DNA of 41,419 nucleotides, taken from NCBI GenBank assembly GCA_030688205.1, contig JAUYIQ010000056.1, positions 1-41,419 on the forward strand, in the 5' to 3' direction. A model generated the notes under the pieces. That model did no database searches, was not told the origin of the DNA, and worked only from the letters and a program-made list of their open reading frames with translations. The DNA comes from Candidatus Curtissbacteria bacterium (lineage in GTDB: Bacteria > Patescibacteriota > Microgenomatia > Curtissbacterales > GWA2-41-24). Both the position numbers and the translations under genes were made by a program. Position 1 is the first letter of the stretch, and the number at the start of each line of letters is the position of its first letter. Below, piece after piece: positions 7,877-16,316 of this stretch.

Positions 7877-8617
7877 ATGAGTGGACATTCAAAATGGTCG
7901 ACGATTAAGCGCCAAAAGGGTGCTACAGACGCCAAACGCGGACAGGTTTTTACAAAGCTTGGAATGGCGATTGCTATTGCAGCGCGTGAGGGTGGAGGAG
8001 GAGATCCGGCTAGCAATTTCAAGCTGAGGCTTGTTATGGAGCAAGCAAGAGCTGCCAACATGCCTAAGGAAAATATTCAGAGGGCTGTTGACAGAGGACT
8101 AGGTAAGGGAGGAGCTGGTCAGTTGGAGTCGGTGGTTTATGAGGGTTATGGTCCCGGAAAGGTAGCTTTTATAGTTGAGGCGGCTACCGATAACAAAAAT
8201 AGAACTACCGGAGAAGTTAAAAGTACGATTGAAAAGTCAGGCGGAAGCTTTGTTTCTCCAGGAACTGTTTCCTGGATGTTTGTTGATGAAGGGGTAATTG
8301 TTATTCCAAAAGAGGAGCGGGCAATGGATGAATTTCTGGATTTGGCAATTGAAGCTGGAGCAGAGGATGTTGCAGACATAGGAGAAGTTGTAGAGATCTA
8401 TACAAAACCTACTACGCTCGAGTCGGTTAAGAGGGTTTTGGAAGAAAAAGGGCTTGTTATACAAAGTGCGGAAATTTCCAAAAAACCTACAACGACGGTT
8501 GAAATTACAGATGAAGCTATTGCCAGGCGAATTGTTGATTTGATGGATAAACTGGAAGAAATGGGTGATGTGGTTCGGGTTCACTCCAACGCAGATTTTG
8601 AAGATAACGTTTTTTAG
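7877..8617 (+). CDS. yebC: YebC/PmpR family DNA-binding transcriptional regulator
   Basis: The N-terminus MSGHSKWSTIKRQKGATDAKRG is diagnostic of the family. 246 aa. Confidence 0.95.
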   Translation: MSGHSKWSTIKRQKGATDAKRGQVFTKLGMAIAIAAREGGGGDPASNFKLRLVMEQARAANMPKENIQRAVDRGLGKGGAGQLESVVYEGYGPGKVAFIVEAATDNKNRTTGEVKSTIEKSGGSFVSPGTVSWMFVDEGVIVIPKEERAMDEFLDLAIEAGAEDVADIGEVVEIYTKPTTLESVKRVLEEKGLVIQSAEISKKPTTTVEITDEAIARRIVDLMDKLEEMGDVVRVHSNADFEDNVF

Positions 8618-8817
8618 CCTTGTGGCAATGCGAGCTCTGCAGGGTCAGGAATTATTCTTATTTTTCTTCCAGTCCGAGTTGTTAGGAAGGGTTTATATCC
8701 GCTTACATCGAATAGGTTTGTGGGATTGGTTAGGTCGGGTTTTGTCCCAGTTTCGACTTTTTGGCCATTACCAATAGCCATTCTTTTACCACCGTCGCCG
8801 TTAGCTTCTGGTGTCAT
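8614..8817 (-). CDS. hypothetical 67-aa protein
   Basis: An ORF lying downstream of the hexokinase-like gene on the same strand. A TATCAT box (8825-8830) sits exactly 7 nt upstream of its ATG, as at other genes here. No recognisable motif. Confidence 0.4.
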   Translation of the reverse strand: MTPEANGDGGKRMAIGNGQKVETGTKPDLTNPTNLFDVSGYKPFLTTRTGRKIRIIPDPAELALPQG

Positions 8818-8898
8818 GGCTTTTATGATAAAGAAAAAAAGGGCTGTTTGCTTGACATGAAGCTAACAAAGTCATGACCTAAATCAGACGAATTTTTG

Positions 8899-9966
8899 CT
8901 AGCTGACAAGTTTGGCGGCCCCCAGTATTTCACTGTCTTCAATTTTGGCGAATTTAGTTCTGTATTCCGGCGCGAGTTGCTTTAAATACCTTTCTATTTT
9001 TGGTCTGAGGCTGTGCCAGAACAGGCTTCCTTCCATAACAAAAACGAGGTCTCTTTGGGAAAAATCGGTGATTGCTGCCATTGCCGAAGCAACGAGTCCT
9101 GCAGATTTCTCAAAAAGATAACGGGCGATTTCTGAAGGCTCGCCCAGGTTTTTGTTGGCAAGGGCATTTAACTGAGCGGTTGAGGTAATCTGTTTGTGCT
9201 GTATGTTTTTGTTTTTGAGGATTTGGTCAAATTGCTTAAAAAGATAAGCACCCGCAGTTTCTTTTTCAAAAAGATATTTGTTTTTTTGTGTTGACTGGCG
9301 GTCAATCTGTTTTGTTTCTTCGCTGACTGGGAATTTATCGAAATTACCGGACTCCAAGTTTACGAGCTGTTCACTATCTAAAAAGATTGAAAAGTTAATA
9401 CCTGTGCCTACAACGCCTGCCGCAATCTGATTCCATGAATATTGGGTAAGCGCGGAGAGTAATAAGGCTATGGTGTCGTTGGCTACTGCCACTTTAATTG
9501 CCTTTTTTGATTTTTGAAGAATATAGTTTTCAATTTCTTCGCCAACTTTTTTTCCTGTAAGACCATCGAACAGATGTTCTTTCGTGCCGGAGATAAGAAC
9601 TCCGTCAAGTCGACTGTCTCGAAGAATTGGTTTTATGGGAAAGGTGAAATTGAGAGCAAGAGTTTTTGTTTCCTCATCGAGATTTTTCCTGATAAACTCT
9701 AAAAAATCAGCCTTCGTTTTGAAAGTACTTGCGTACATTTCCTGTTTTTGCAGAATTTTTAATTTTCCACTTTGGTATTTAACTTTTGCTTCTTTGCAGA
9801 CCGTACCGCCAGTTACAATCACTTGAAAAATTTCGTTTTCTTTCACTATTTTTGTTTGTGGAAGCTGATGAACTATAAAGGCAAGGCTGGTTTCTTTGCC
9901 TGTTTTGGCTGCCTTTAATTCTTTAAGGAAATTATTACGGACTGTTTTTAATGTTTTGATGTCCAT
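8899..9966 (-). CDS. hexokinase-family sugar kinase (eukaryote-type hexokinase fold)
   Basis: Matches the hexokinase motif series: LALNFTFPIKP (LGFTFSFP), VANDTIALLLS (NDTVGTL), GVVGTGINFS (GTGTNA), FEKETAGAYL (FEKMISGMYLGE), VMEGSLF (DGSVY). Confidence 0.75.
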   Translation of the reverse strand: MDIKTLKTVRNNFLKELKAAKTGKETSLAFIVHQLPQTKIVKENEIFQVIVTGGTVCKEAKVKYQSGKLKILQKQEMYASTFKTKADFLEFIRKNLDEETKTLALNFTFPIKPILRDSRLDGVLISGTKEHLFDGLTGKKVGEEIENYILQKSKKAIKVAVANDTIALLLSALTQYSWNQIAAGVVGTGINFSIFLDSEQLVNLESGNFDKFPVSEETKQIDRQSTQKNKYLFEKETAGAYLFKQFDQILKNKNIQHKQITSTAQLNALANKNLGEPSEIARYLFEKSAGLVASAMAAITDFSQRDLVFVMEGSLFWHSLRPKIERYLKQLAPEYRTKFAKIEDSEILGAAKLVS

Positions 9967-9968
9967 AT

Positions 9969-10745
9969 TTAATATATTCTGGCTGTTTGTGGAACGTTAT
10001 TTGTATATTCAGCAGTTCTAACTGGTGAAAAGTCAACGTCTATTCCTTGTTGTAGAAGACCAAGCCAAACTCCGCCTACACAGCCTTGTGTTACCAGATC
10101 CTGATTTGCTAAAAAGTTATCAACTGCAAGTCGGGCGTCTTGTCCAATTTTATCTCTTATTCTGTCTGCATAACATCTTATACTGTCGTGGAATTGTTCG
10201 AAAGGCAGAGATTTATTTTGTGGGTCTAGAGGGTTGAATACTGAAAAAAATCTTGAGTACTCGGTATCAGCTGAATCAAAGTGAAGTCTAAGTCCTCCAA
10301 CTTGGGCAGTTTTGGTACCAGCCTGTTTTAATATGTCTCCTATTTCTTGCCATGTTAGATCTGGTCTTGCCCGATAGATACCGTCCTCGTCTTTGTGCAG
10401 TAGGCTTATGGGTTCTGGAGTGCAGTAGTAAGTTTTAACAAAATAAAGCGTTCCGGAATGGGGTATTCTAATAGGTAGCTCGTCGATATCGCGGGATGCT
10501 TCAAACACTAAAAGCGGACTTCCATTTGCCAAGCTGCTTGCAATAAATTCGTCCCTTTGTTGTTGGTAAGCTTGCGGGCTTTCGTATTTTCCTGCGAAAA
10601 GACCATCAGTGTTGCTTGCAAAAAAAGGATGAACAAGAACTTGGAGCGTGCCATCGGTATTCTGAAGTCCACTTTTAAGAGGTGTGAGTTCTTCTGCAGA
10701 TGCTTTTTGTAAATCGACTAGTGTTAGTTGGGAAAGTTTTTCCAT
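9969..10745 (-). CDS. hypothetical protein
   Basis: 258-aa ORF only 2 nt upstream of the hexokinase-like gene. No recognisable motif. Confidence 0.65.
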   Translation of the reverse strand: MEKLSQLTLVDLQKASAEELTPLKSGLQNTDGTLQVLVHPFFASNTDGLFAGKYESPQAYQQQRDEFIASSLANGSPLLVFEASRDIDELPIRIPHSGTLYFVKTYYCTPEPISLLHKDEDGIYRARPDLTWQEIGDILKQAGTKTAQVGGLRLHFDSADTEYSRFFSVFNPLDPQNKSLPFEQFHDSIRCYADRIRDKIGQDARLAVDNFLANQDLVTQGCVGGVWLGLLQQGIDVDFSPVRTAEYTNNVPQTARIY

Positions 10746-10776
10746 TGACTGTTTCTATATTTAAAATATTTGCTTT

Positions 10777-11862
10777 TCAAGCGCGGGTGCTATAAGAGAG
10801 TGATTGTGAGGGGAATCCTTCTACATATTGTCCAACAGCTGGAACTTTTTGGGAGATTTCACGAAGCTTATTTTTAATATCGTACCAATCTTCATAAGTA
10901 AAATATAATGCACCGGCTGCTCTTCTAAGTTCTCTTTCAAAACGGCTGTCTTTTAAGGCAAAGTAAAAAGCAATTTGATCTTTGGCATCAATTGCAGCTT
11001 TATCCGATGCGCCGTCGCCTATGTATATTACTGCTCTTTCGGGATCGTCAACTGCTTCTTTCTGAATGACTGCTGCTTTTTCCGCAGATATTACAGAGTC
11101 AGCTTCAATACCCCAGATTTTGAAGTCATGGGGGATTGGAATACGTTCAAAAGTGCCTTTAACAGATAAAGCGGCGTTTGCGGTTATGATTCTTACCGGT
11201 ACGTCTTCTTCTATAAAGCCTGTGAATGATTCTTGGACTCCGTTACGCAGGTGTGAAATCCGGCCATAGTTTAAATATTGTTCGGGGTAATTGGTTATAG
11301 TTGGTTTGAATGTGGCCGGGTGCATGTTGATTAAGGCTGTTTTGAACTCAATGTCTTTAACTGCCTGAAGGGCTACATCAAAGGTAAAGGCTACGGGAAA
11401 CCCTGGTTTTACTCCGTCTACCATCTGAATTACGTCCTCATCGGTTATCGTGCCGTCGAAGTCGGAAACAATCTTTATCCCGTGCAGAGATGTTGCGAGT
11501 CTTGAAGCTGCTCTTTGTTCGGGAGTGCGTGCAGGTAGTTGGTCTGCAATTTCATATCTATCTTTAATTCTGGCTAGCAGTTTTTGGCTTTCGGGTGTTT
11601 GAAGTCCTTCCACAAACTCTTTGTTTGCGGCAAACAGCGTTTCTGCAGCATCACGTAAGTGAGGCATAACAACTTTACCTGTGAGGTGTTCCTGGAGCTG
11701 CTGGGCGCTTGCATGAGTTCGTACAAGCCAGCCCGTAAGCCTTAAAATGTTGTTATAGTGTGCCTGGATAGCGTCAGGATGATATGGGTCGATTTCCGTA
11801 AGACCTATTAAATCGGCTCCTTGTGGGAGCCCATCTGACGTACCTGTGTTACGTTCGGTCAT
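10777..11862 (-). CDS. HAD-superfamily (subfamily IB, PSP/MtnX-like) phosphatase with an unknown ~120-aa N-terminal extension
   Basis: HAD motif I DFDGTITDED and motif IV GDGASDKAAI. Confidence 0.75.
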   Translation of the reverse strand: MTERNTGTSDGLPQGADLIGLTEIDPYHPDAIQAHYNNILRLTGWLVRTHASAQQLQEHLTGKVVMPHLRDAAETLFAANKEFVEGLQTPESQKLLARIKDRYEIADQLPARTPEQRAASRLATSLHGIKIVSDFDGTITDEDVIQMVDGVKPGFPVAFTFDVALQAVKDIEFKTALINMHPATFKPTITNYPEQYLNYGRISHLRNGVQESFTGFIEEDVPVRIITANAALSVKGTFERIPIPHDFKIWGIEADSVISAEKAAVIQKEAVDDPERAVIYIGDGASDKAAIDAKDQIAFYFALKDSRFERELRRAAGALYFTYEDWYDIKNKLREISQKVPAVGQYVEGFPSQSLSYSTRA

Positions 11863-11954
11863 GTATAACTGTGGTAATGATACTGTAGGCTGAACATTTG
11901 CGCTTGACGATTCTCTGATTTAATCCTGACAAAATGAGGCTAGTTTAAGCTGAC

Positions 11955-13310
11955 ATGGCTTTGTCTTGCGCGTATCTGCTCATAAGAAGTATGATTGTGA
12001 GTGTGCACAACACACCGGTTGAGGCCTCATACCCTTTAGAATTTCGTGTGGAAGAAGCAAAAAACCTTGGAGAGCAGCTCAGGTTCAGGCATAACGTCGA
12101 GCTTGTGGGTATGAAGCACGTTGGAATCGGTAACTTCCTGAGCTATTTTCTCAACCATGCCGGGGTTGTAGACAGGTTTATAAACCACGGAGAAAAACAC
12201 CTTTTTATCACGGTAGACCTCAATGATCTGGTTGAGCGTGAAATTCATCCCTTTTGGGTTCTTTTATTTAAGCGAGTTGTAGATAGCTGCGAAAGCATTG
12301 AAATTGATCTTGCTGACAAAAAAGAAATTTCCTCGCTGTTTTTAAGTTCTATCCAGTCCCAAGACTTGTTTTCAACCATTGAAAATTTGAAAAAATCCTT
12401 GAATCTTATTGTCAAAAACGATTTTCTGCCGACTATTTTCTTGCTTCGTCTTGACAGGCTCAAAGACGTATTTAACGAGGAGTTTTTTAGCAATTTGGAA
12501 GGGCTTGTCGATGCAACCGGCCAAAAGCTAGCGTATGTTTTTACAAGTTACAGATCTTTAGGAGAAATAGCACAACCTTTTTTCGAAAAGAAATACCCGA
12601 CGCTTTTTCCAAATAAGATTTATGTGAAACCTGCAGGGGAGAGTGATACACAAATCATATTTAAAACATTTGAGAAAAAATATGAACTTGTATTAGATAA
12701 GGTCATTTTAAAGAAAATTTTTGATCTTTCTGCGGGTCATGTTCAGTATCTTCAGCTTTCGCTTCTGATACTCAAGCAAAAAATCGGAGATAATTCGGTA
12801 GATGCCAGTCGCCTGATGGCAACTATTGCAGCCGACGAAAGAGTCAATTTGCTTTCAGAGGAAATCTGGGAAAGTTTGACACGGGAAGAGCAAGAAGTTC
12901 TGAAAAAAATAAGGACGGGGAAAAGTATCGGTGAGCTGGAGAAGAAAAAAGCGCAGTATTTATGGGATTGTGGAGTTGTGAGTGCAAAAAACAGTCAGAT
13001 AGCAATTTTTAATCCCTTGTTCGAAAATTATCTTAAAGGAAGTGATGTTAAAGGGGATCGAATTGAGGCTGTTGAATTTACCAAAAAAGAGAATTTACTT
13101 TTTCTTCTTTTGAAGGAGTCTGTAGGTGAAGTATGCGAGAGGGAAAAAATAATAAAGACTGTTTGGCCGGAATATGAAGAAGTGGGAGTTTCCGATTGGA
13201 CAATAGACAGGCTAGTTGCAAGACTGAGGAATAAATTGAAGCAACAAAATAGTCCGTACACAATTAAAACCATCAAAACAAGAGGTTATATGTTGGTTGA
13301 GGAGAGTTAA
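11955..13310 (+). CDS. transcriptional regulator: degenerate NTPase-like N-domain plus C-terminal OmpR/PhoB-type winged helix
   Basis: The C-terminus (VCEREKIIKTVWPEYE...DWTIDRLVARLRNKL...IKTIKTRGYML) is a trans_reg_C fold. The N-terminal VELVGMKHVGIGNF resembles a Walker A that lacks the Lys. Start uncertain; an alternative ATG lies at 11991. Confidence 0.68.
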   Translation: MALSCAYLLIRSMIVSVHNTPVEASYPLEFRVEEAKNLGEQLRFRHNVELVGMKHVGIGNFLSYFLNHAGVVDRFINHGEKHLFITVDLNDLVEREIHPFWVLLFKRVVDSCESIEIDLADKKEISSLFLSSIQSQDLFSTIENLKKSLNLIVKNDFLPTIFLLRLDRLKDVFNEEFFSNLEGLVDATGQKLAYVFTSYRSLGEIAQPFFEKKYPTLFPNKIYVKPAGESDTQIIFKTFEKKYELVLDKVILKKIFDLSAGHVQYLQLSLLILKQKIGDNSVDASRLMATIAADERVNLLSEEIWESLTREEQEVLKKIRTGKSIGELEKKKAQYLWDCGVVSAKNSQIAIFNPLFENYLKGSDVKGDRIEAVEFTKKENLLFLLLKESVGEVCEREKIIKTVWPEYEEVGVSDWTIDRLVARLRNKLKQQNSPYTIKTIKTRGYMLVEES

Positions 13311-13317
13311 ATATGCC
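13296..13317 (+). repeat. copy 1 of a perfect 22-nt direct repeat, GTTGAGGAGAGTTAAATATGCC
   Basis: Spans the regulator stop codon, a GAGGAGAG Shine-Dalgarno and the methyltransferase ATG. Identical to 14073-14094. Confidence 0.95.
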
Positions 13318-13996
13318 GAAAGAAACGATAGTTGATATAGGTTGCGGACAAAAAAATAACTTATGGCTTTACGGGTTTTATGAAGAGCCAACAGTAGGTG
13401 TAGATTTCTGTAGGGAATTTCTTCAAAGGAGGGCTGGAGACGGAAATCTTGTAACTGGAGATAGTGCAAATTTGCCACTTGTTTCTAATTGTGCCGACAA
13501 GGTTTTTGTCATCCACGTTTTAGAGCATGTTGATGCGCTTAGTGGTACATTAGACGAAATCGGCCGTGTTTTAAAATCAGGAGGGGAGCTTACTGTTGCT
13601 GTACCGCATAAACGCTTTGAAAGAGTCATGGGTAGTATAGATCCAGATTACCATGGGCCGAATATGCATTTGAGAATAGTGAAAGAAGAAGATTTAACTG
13701 AAGAACTTCAGAGTAGAGATTTTGAAATAGAAGAGGTAAAAACGAGAGGCTTTTGGGGAGCTGCTTATATAACAGCTGCGTCATTCCTACATCTTAAGAT
13801 CCTGAAAGACAGGAAGATGGAAGCGCAGAGCGGGTACCTTGTGAAAGGTGATGATGGACAAATAACAGAAGGAGTGAGGGGAGAAACCGGGAAAATGTTA
13901 AAGTTTGCTAGAAGTTTTTTAACAAAAAATCCCATATTTTCAATATTGGACAAAGTTTATCCGTTTGAAACTTACGTTAGAGCAGTAAAGAGGTAG
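13313..13996 (+). CDS. class I SAM-dependent methyltransferase
   Basis: Motif I VDIGCGQ. Methyltransf_11-like FVIHVLEHV...LDEIGRVLKSGGEL. Confidence 0.85.
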   Translation: MPKETIVDIGCGQKNNLWLYGFYEEPTVGVDFCREFLQRRAGDGNLVTGDSANLPLVSNCADKVFVIHVLEHVDALSGTLDEIGRVLKSGGELTVAVPHKRFERVMGSIDPDYHGPNMHLRIVKEEDLTEELQSRDFEIEEVKTRGFWGAAYITAASFLHLKILKDRKMEAQSGYLVKGDDGQITEGVRGETGKMLKFARSFLTKNPIFSILDKVYPFETYVRAVKR

Positions 13997-14072
13997 ATGT
14001 GAGCGATTTAGTTTCTAACTATAAAAAAGATTTATGTTTAGCTTAATGGTTGAAAGGTTTTGCGATAAGGGA

Positions 14073-14094
14073 GTTGAGGAGAGTTAAATATGCC
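14073..14094 (+). repeat. copy 2 of the perfect 22-nt direct repeat, GTTGAGGAGAGTTAAATATGCC
   Basis: Identical to 13296-13317. Here it ends a 17-codon relic ORF (...GVEES*) and supplies the Shine-Dalgarno and ATG of the 14090 ORF. Confidence 0.95.
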
Positions 14095-14635
14095 TGCTGA
14101 AATTTTGACGGAATCAGGGACATTGTTGCTACCACCTCAGGAGGCTCTTGCGCATATATCCTCGACAAATCGCTTTGCCAGAATTGTCATTGAAGTTTTA
14201 AGAAAAGGAGCTGAATTCAAGGACCAGACAGCAGAGTTGACCAGACATTACAATCGAAGTATCAGGAATTTTCGTGATTTGTTACGTTTTGATTGCGAGG
14301 TGCCGATTGGAGACTCGGATCAAACCGCACATATTGCCATTGTTTCTGAGAGAACACCAAAAGAATCGAAATCGTTTCCATTGACAGATGGCGTTGTGGA
14401 TTTTTTCTTATCTCCGACTAAATCTGCCGGGTTTCGCGGTAGCCACAAGTTAGCCCAAATAACAACTTCGCCGGATAAAATTTCCCTTCCGGAATTTAGA
14501 TTTGATTTGTCATCGAATTTTGGCAAATTCGCAACGGATTTTATTGCGAGGCTTGCTGCCAGGCTGAATGAAATTAGAGAAGATATTTCGGGTGATCCTA
14601 CCCAGACGCCTCTTGCGGAGCCAAATCCATCCTAA
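14090..14635 (+). CDS. hypothetical protein
   Basis: 181-aa ORF with a strong Shine-Dalgarno (GAGGAGAG). No recognisable motif. Its 3' end overlaps the convergent GNAT gene by 38 nt. Confidence 0.6.
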   Translation: MPAEILTESGTLLLPPQEALAHISSTNRFARIVIEVLRKGAEFKDQTAELTRHYNRSIRNFRDLLRFDCEVPIGDSDQTAHIAIVSERTPKESKSFPLTDGVVDFFLSPTKSAGFRGSHKLAQITTSPDKISLPEFRFDLSSNFGKFATDFIARLAARLNEIREDISGDPTQTPLAEPNPS

Positions 14636-15044
14636 ACTCAAGCCCCCATTTTTTGAAGCCAAGATTTTCGTAGAATTTGTGAATATCGGCGCGGTCCATG
14701 CCTGAAGTAAAAATTATTTTGTAACAGTTTTTTCCTTTTGCAAGTTCTACAATTTTTTTGGAAAGAGCAGTGCCTATTCCTTTGCCCCTTTGTTTTTCGT
14801 CTACGATCATTCCTTCCAACAAGGCATAAGATTGACCGTGAGCAGGGATAGGCAGGTAAAAAATTGTGGCGGTACCAACAACTGTGCCGTCAATTTTGGC
14901 AACAAGTACACTGCAGTTGTCGTTTGCTATTAATTTTTCCAGTATTTCTGCGGCATTTGACGCAATATTTTCGACTCTGTAAATTTGCAACTGAAGCAGC
15001 AAAATGCCTTCGATGTCGTTTTTTGTGGCGAAGGTTATTTCCAT
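14598..15044 (-). CDS. GNAT-family N-acetyltransferase
   Basis: Acetyl-CoA binding motif QRGKGIGTAL. 148 aa. A TACAAT box lies 6 nt upstream of the ATG. Confidence 0.85.
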   Translation of the reverse strand: MEITFATKNDIEGILLLQLQIYRVENIASNAAEILEKLIANDNCSVLVAKIDGTVVGTATIFYLPIPAHGQSYALLEGMIVDEKQRGKGIGTALSKKIVELAKGKNCYKIIFTSGMDRADIHKFYENLGFKKWGLEFRMDLAPQEASG

Positions 15045-15075
15045 ATAAGTATTGTACTGGAAAATGGCTTCTTTG

Positions 15076-15084
15076 TGCTACAAT
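15076..15084 (+). promoter_or_regulatory. extended -10 (TGcTACAAT) 7 nt upstream of ATG 15092 (leaderless geometry)
   Basis: TGCTACAAT at 15076-15084, then ttggtca, then ATG. A mirror-image TACAAT on the minus strand (15051-15056) serves the GNAT gene. Confidence 0.5.
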
Positions 15085-15091
15085 TTGGTCA

Positions 15092-16309
15092 ATGAAGCTA
15101 TACGAATTTGAGGGGCATAAGATTTTTTCCAAGGTGGGCATTGAAAGCCCTTTTTTTGTGGTTATCTCTAAAGTTGAAGAGCTAGAGCAGGCCAGACGGC
15201 GGCTTAAATTCCCCATTGTTTGCAAGGTTCAGGTTCTTTCCGGCAAAAGAGGGAAAAGCGGTGGGGTCAAAGTTGCTATGAATGAAAAACAGCTGAAGGA
15301 TTTTGTCGGAGAATTTTTGGGAAAAGATTTCAATGGTGAAGAAGTCCGGTTTATTGAGCTTTGCAAAAAAGTTGATATTGAGGCTGAGAACTACATTTCT
15401 ATTACATACGACACTGTTTTGAAATCTCCATTTTTGCTTTTTTGTGCTGCGGGAGGTGTTGATATTGAAGAAGTTAAAAAAACAGATCCACAAGCGATTA
15501 TTAGATACGATTTTGACGTTTTTGCTGGACCCGTAAAAAAAGAGCTTGAAAAGCTTGGGATACCCTCGGACTTTGCAATGAGGCTTTGGGATGCTTTTTC
15601 CAAATATGATTGCCGGTTGGTTGAAGTGAATCCCTTCGCTCTTTGCAGAGCTCAGGGTAAACCACCTAAGTATGTGGCAGTTGATTCAAAGATAATTCTG
15701 GATGATGCAGGAGTTTCCCGTCATAGGGACTTGAACGTTTTGCCAAAGGGTGAAGTAGGAGCAGTTCCAACAGTGCGAGAGCTACAGGCTCGTGAAATAG
15801 ATGCTGAGGATTACAGAGGTACGGCCGGATCAAAATTTATTGAGTTTGATGGAGATATCGCGGTTCTTGCGTCTGGCGGTGGAGCGTCACTTCTTGTAAT
15901 GGACTCGATGTTTGCAGCAGGTGGAAAGCCGGCGAACTATACGGAATATTCCGGGAATCCGCCGAGAGAGAAGGTTGAAAAGTTAACGAAGATTGCTTTA
16001 TCTCGTGAGGGGCTTCGTGGTTGCTTAGTTGCGGGGGCTGTTGCTAACTTTACTGATATTTTTGAAACTCTATCCGGTTTTGTTGACGGTTTAGTTCAGG
16101 TTAAACCAAAGCCTGCTTATCCTATTGTGATTAGGCGCGGAGGGCCAAGATTGAAAGAGGCATATGAGATGCTTTCGCTTTTATCCAAAAAAGAAGGTTT
16201 TGACATTCATTTGTATGGACCGGAGACGCCAATTTCTGTCGCTGCGAAAAAGATGGTGGAACTGTCGGAGAAATTTAAGAAGTCGCAAGTTAAAAGTGCT
16301 AAGTTATAA
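15092..16309 (+). CDS. ATP-citrate lyase beta / citryl-CoA synthetase large subunit-like ATP-grasp protein (SucC homolog)
   Basis: Start at MKLYEFEGHKIF; the track ORF's upstream 76 codons overlap the GNAT gene. It has ACL-type motifs SGGGASLLV, ANYTEYSGNPP, VANFTDIF and IRRGGP instead of the SucC NGAGLAM / ANFLDVGGGA motifs. Confidence 0.82.
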   Translation: MKLYEFEGHKIFSKVGIESPFFVVISKVEELEQARRRLKFPIVCKVQVLSGKRGKSGGVKVAMNEKQLKDFVGEFLGKDFNGEEVRFIELCKKVDIEAENYISITYDTVLKSPFLLFCAAGGVDIEEVKKTDPQAIIRYDFDVFAGPVKKELEKLGIPSDFAMRLWDAFSKYDCRLVEVNPFALCRAQGKPPKYVAVDSKIILDDAGVSRHRDLNVLPKGEVGAVPTVRELQAREIDAEDYRGTAGSKFIEFDGDIAVLASGGGASLLVMDSMFAAGGKPANYTEYSGNPPREKVEKLTKIALSREGLRGCLVAGAVANFTDIFETLSGFVDGLVQVKPKPAYPIVIRRGGPRLKEAYEMLSLLSKKEGFDIHLYGPETPISVAAKKMVELSEKFKKSQVKSAKL

Positions 16310-16316
16310 ATTTAAA

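Noticed and set aside
7741-8061. N-terminal 107 codons of the 340-aa minus-strand track ORF (7039..8061).
   Set aside because: This part overlaps the well-supported yebC gene and both divergent promoters, and it translates to low-complexity junk. An ATG at 7740 with a consensus promoter 7 nt upstream gives a sensible TPR protein.
14598-14635. Two convergent gene pairs overlap by exactly 38 nt (14598-14635 and 21695-21732), considered as a designed antisense feature.
   Set aside because: The two overlap sequences are unrelated. The equal length is most likely coincidence in a compact genome, and the start and stop calls of the hypothetical partners are uncertain.
14864-15091. Upstream extension of the ATP-grasp ORF (track start 14864).
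   Set aside because: It overlaps the GNAT gene on the opposite strand and translates to a Cys/Arg/Trp-rich nonsense sequence. Homology to SucC/ACL begins at MKLYEFEG (15092), directly after an extended -10.
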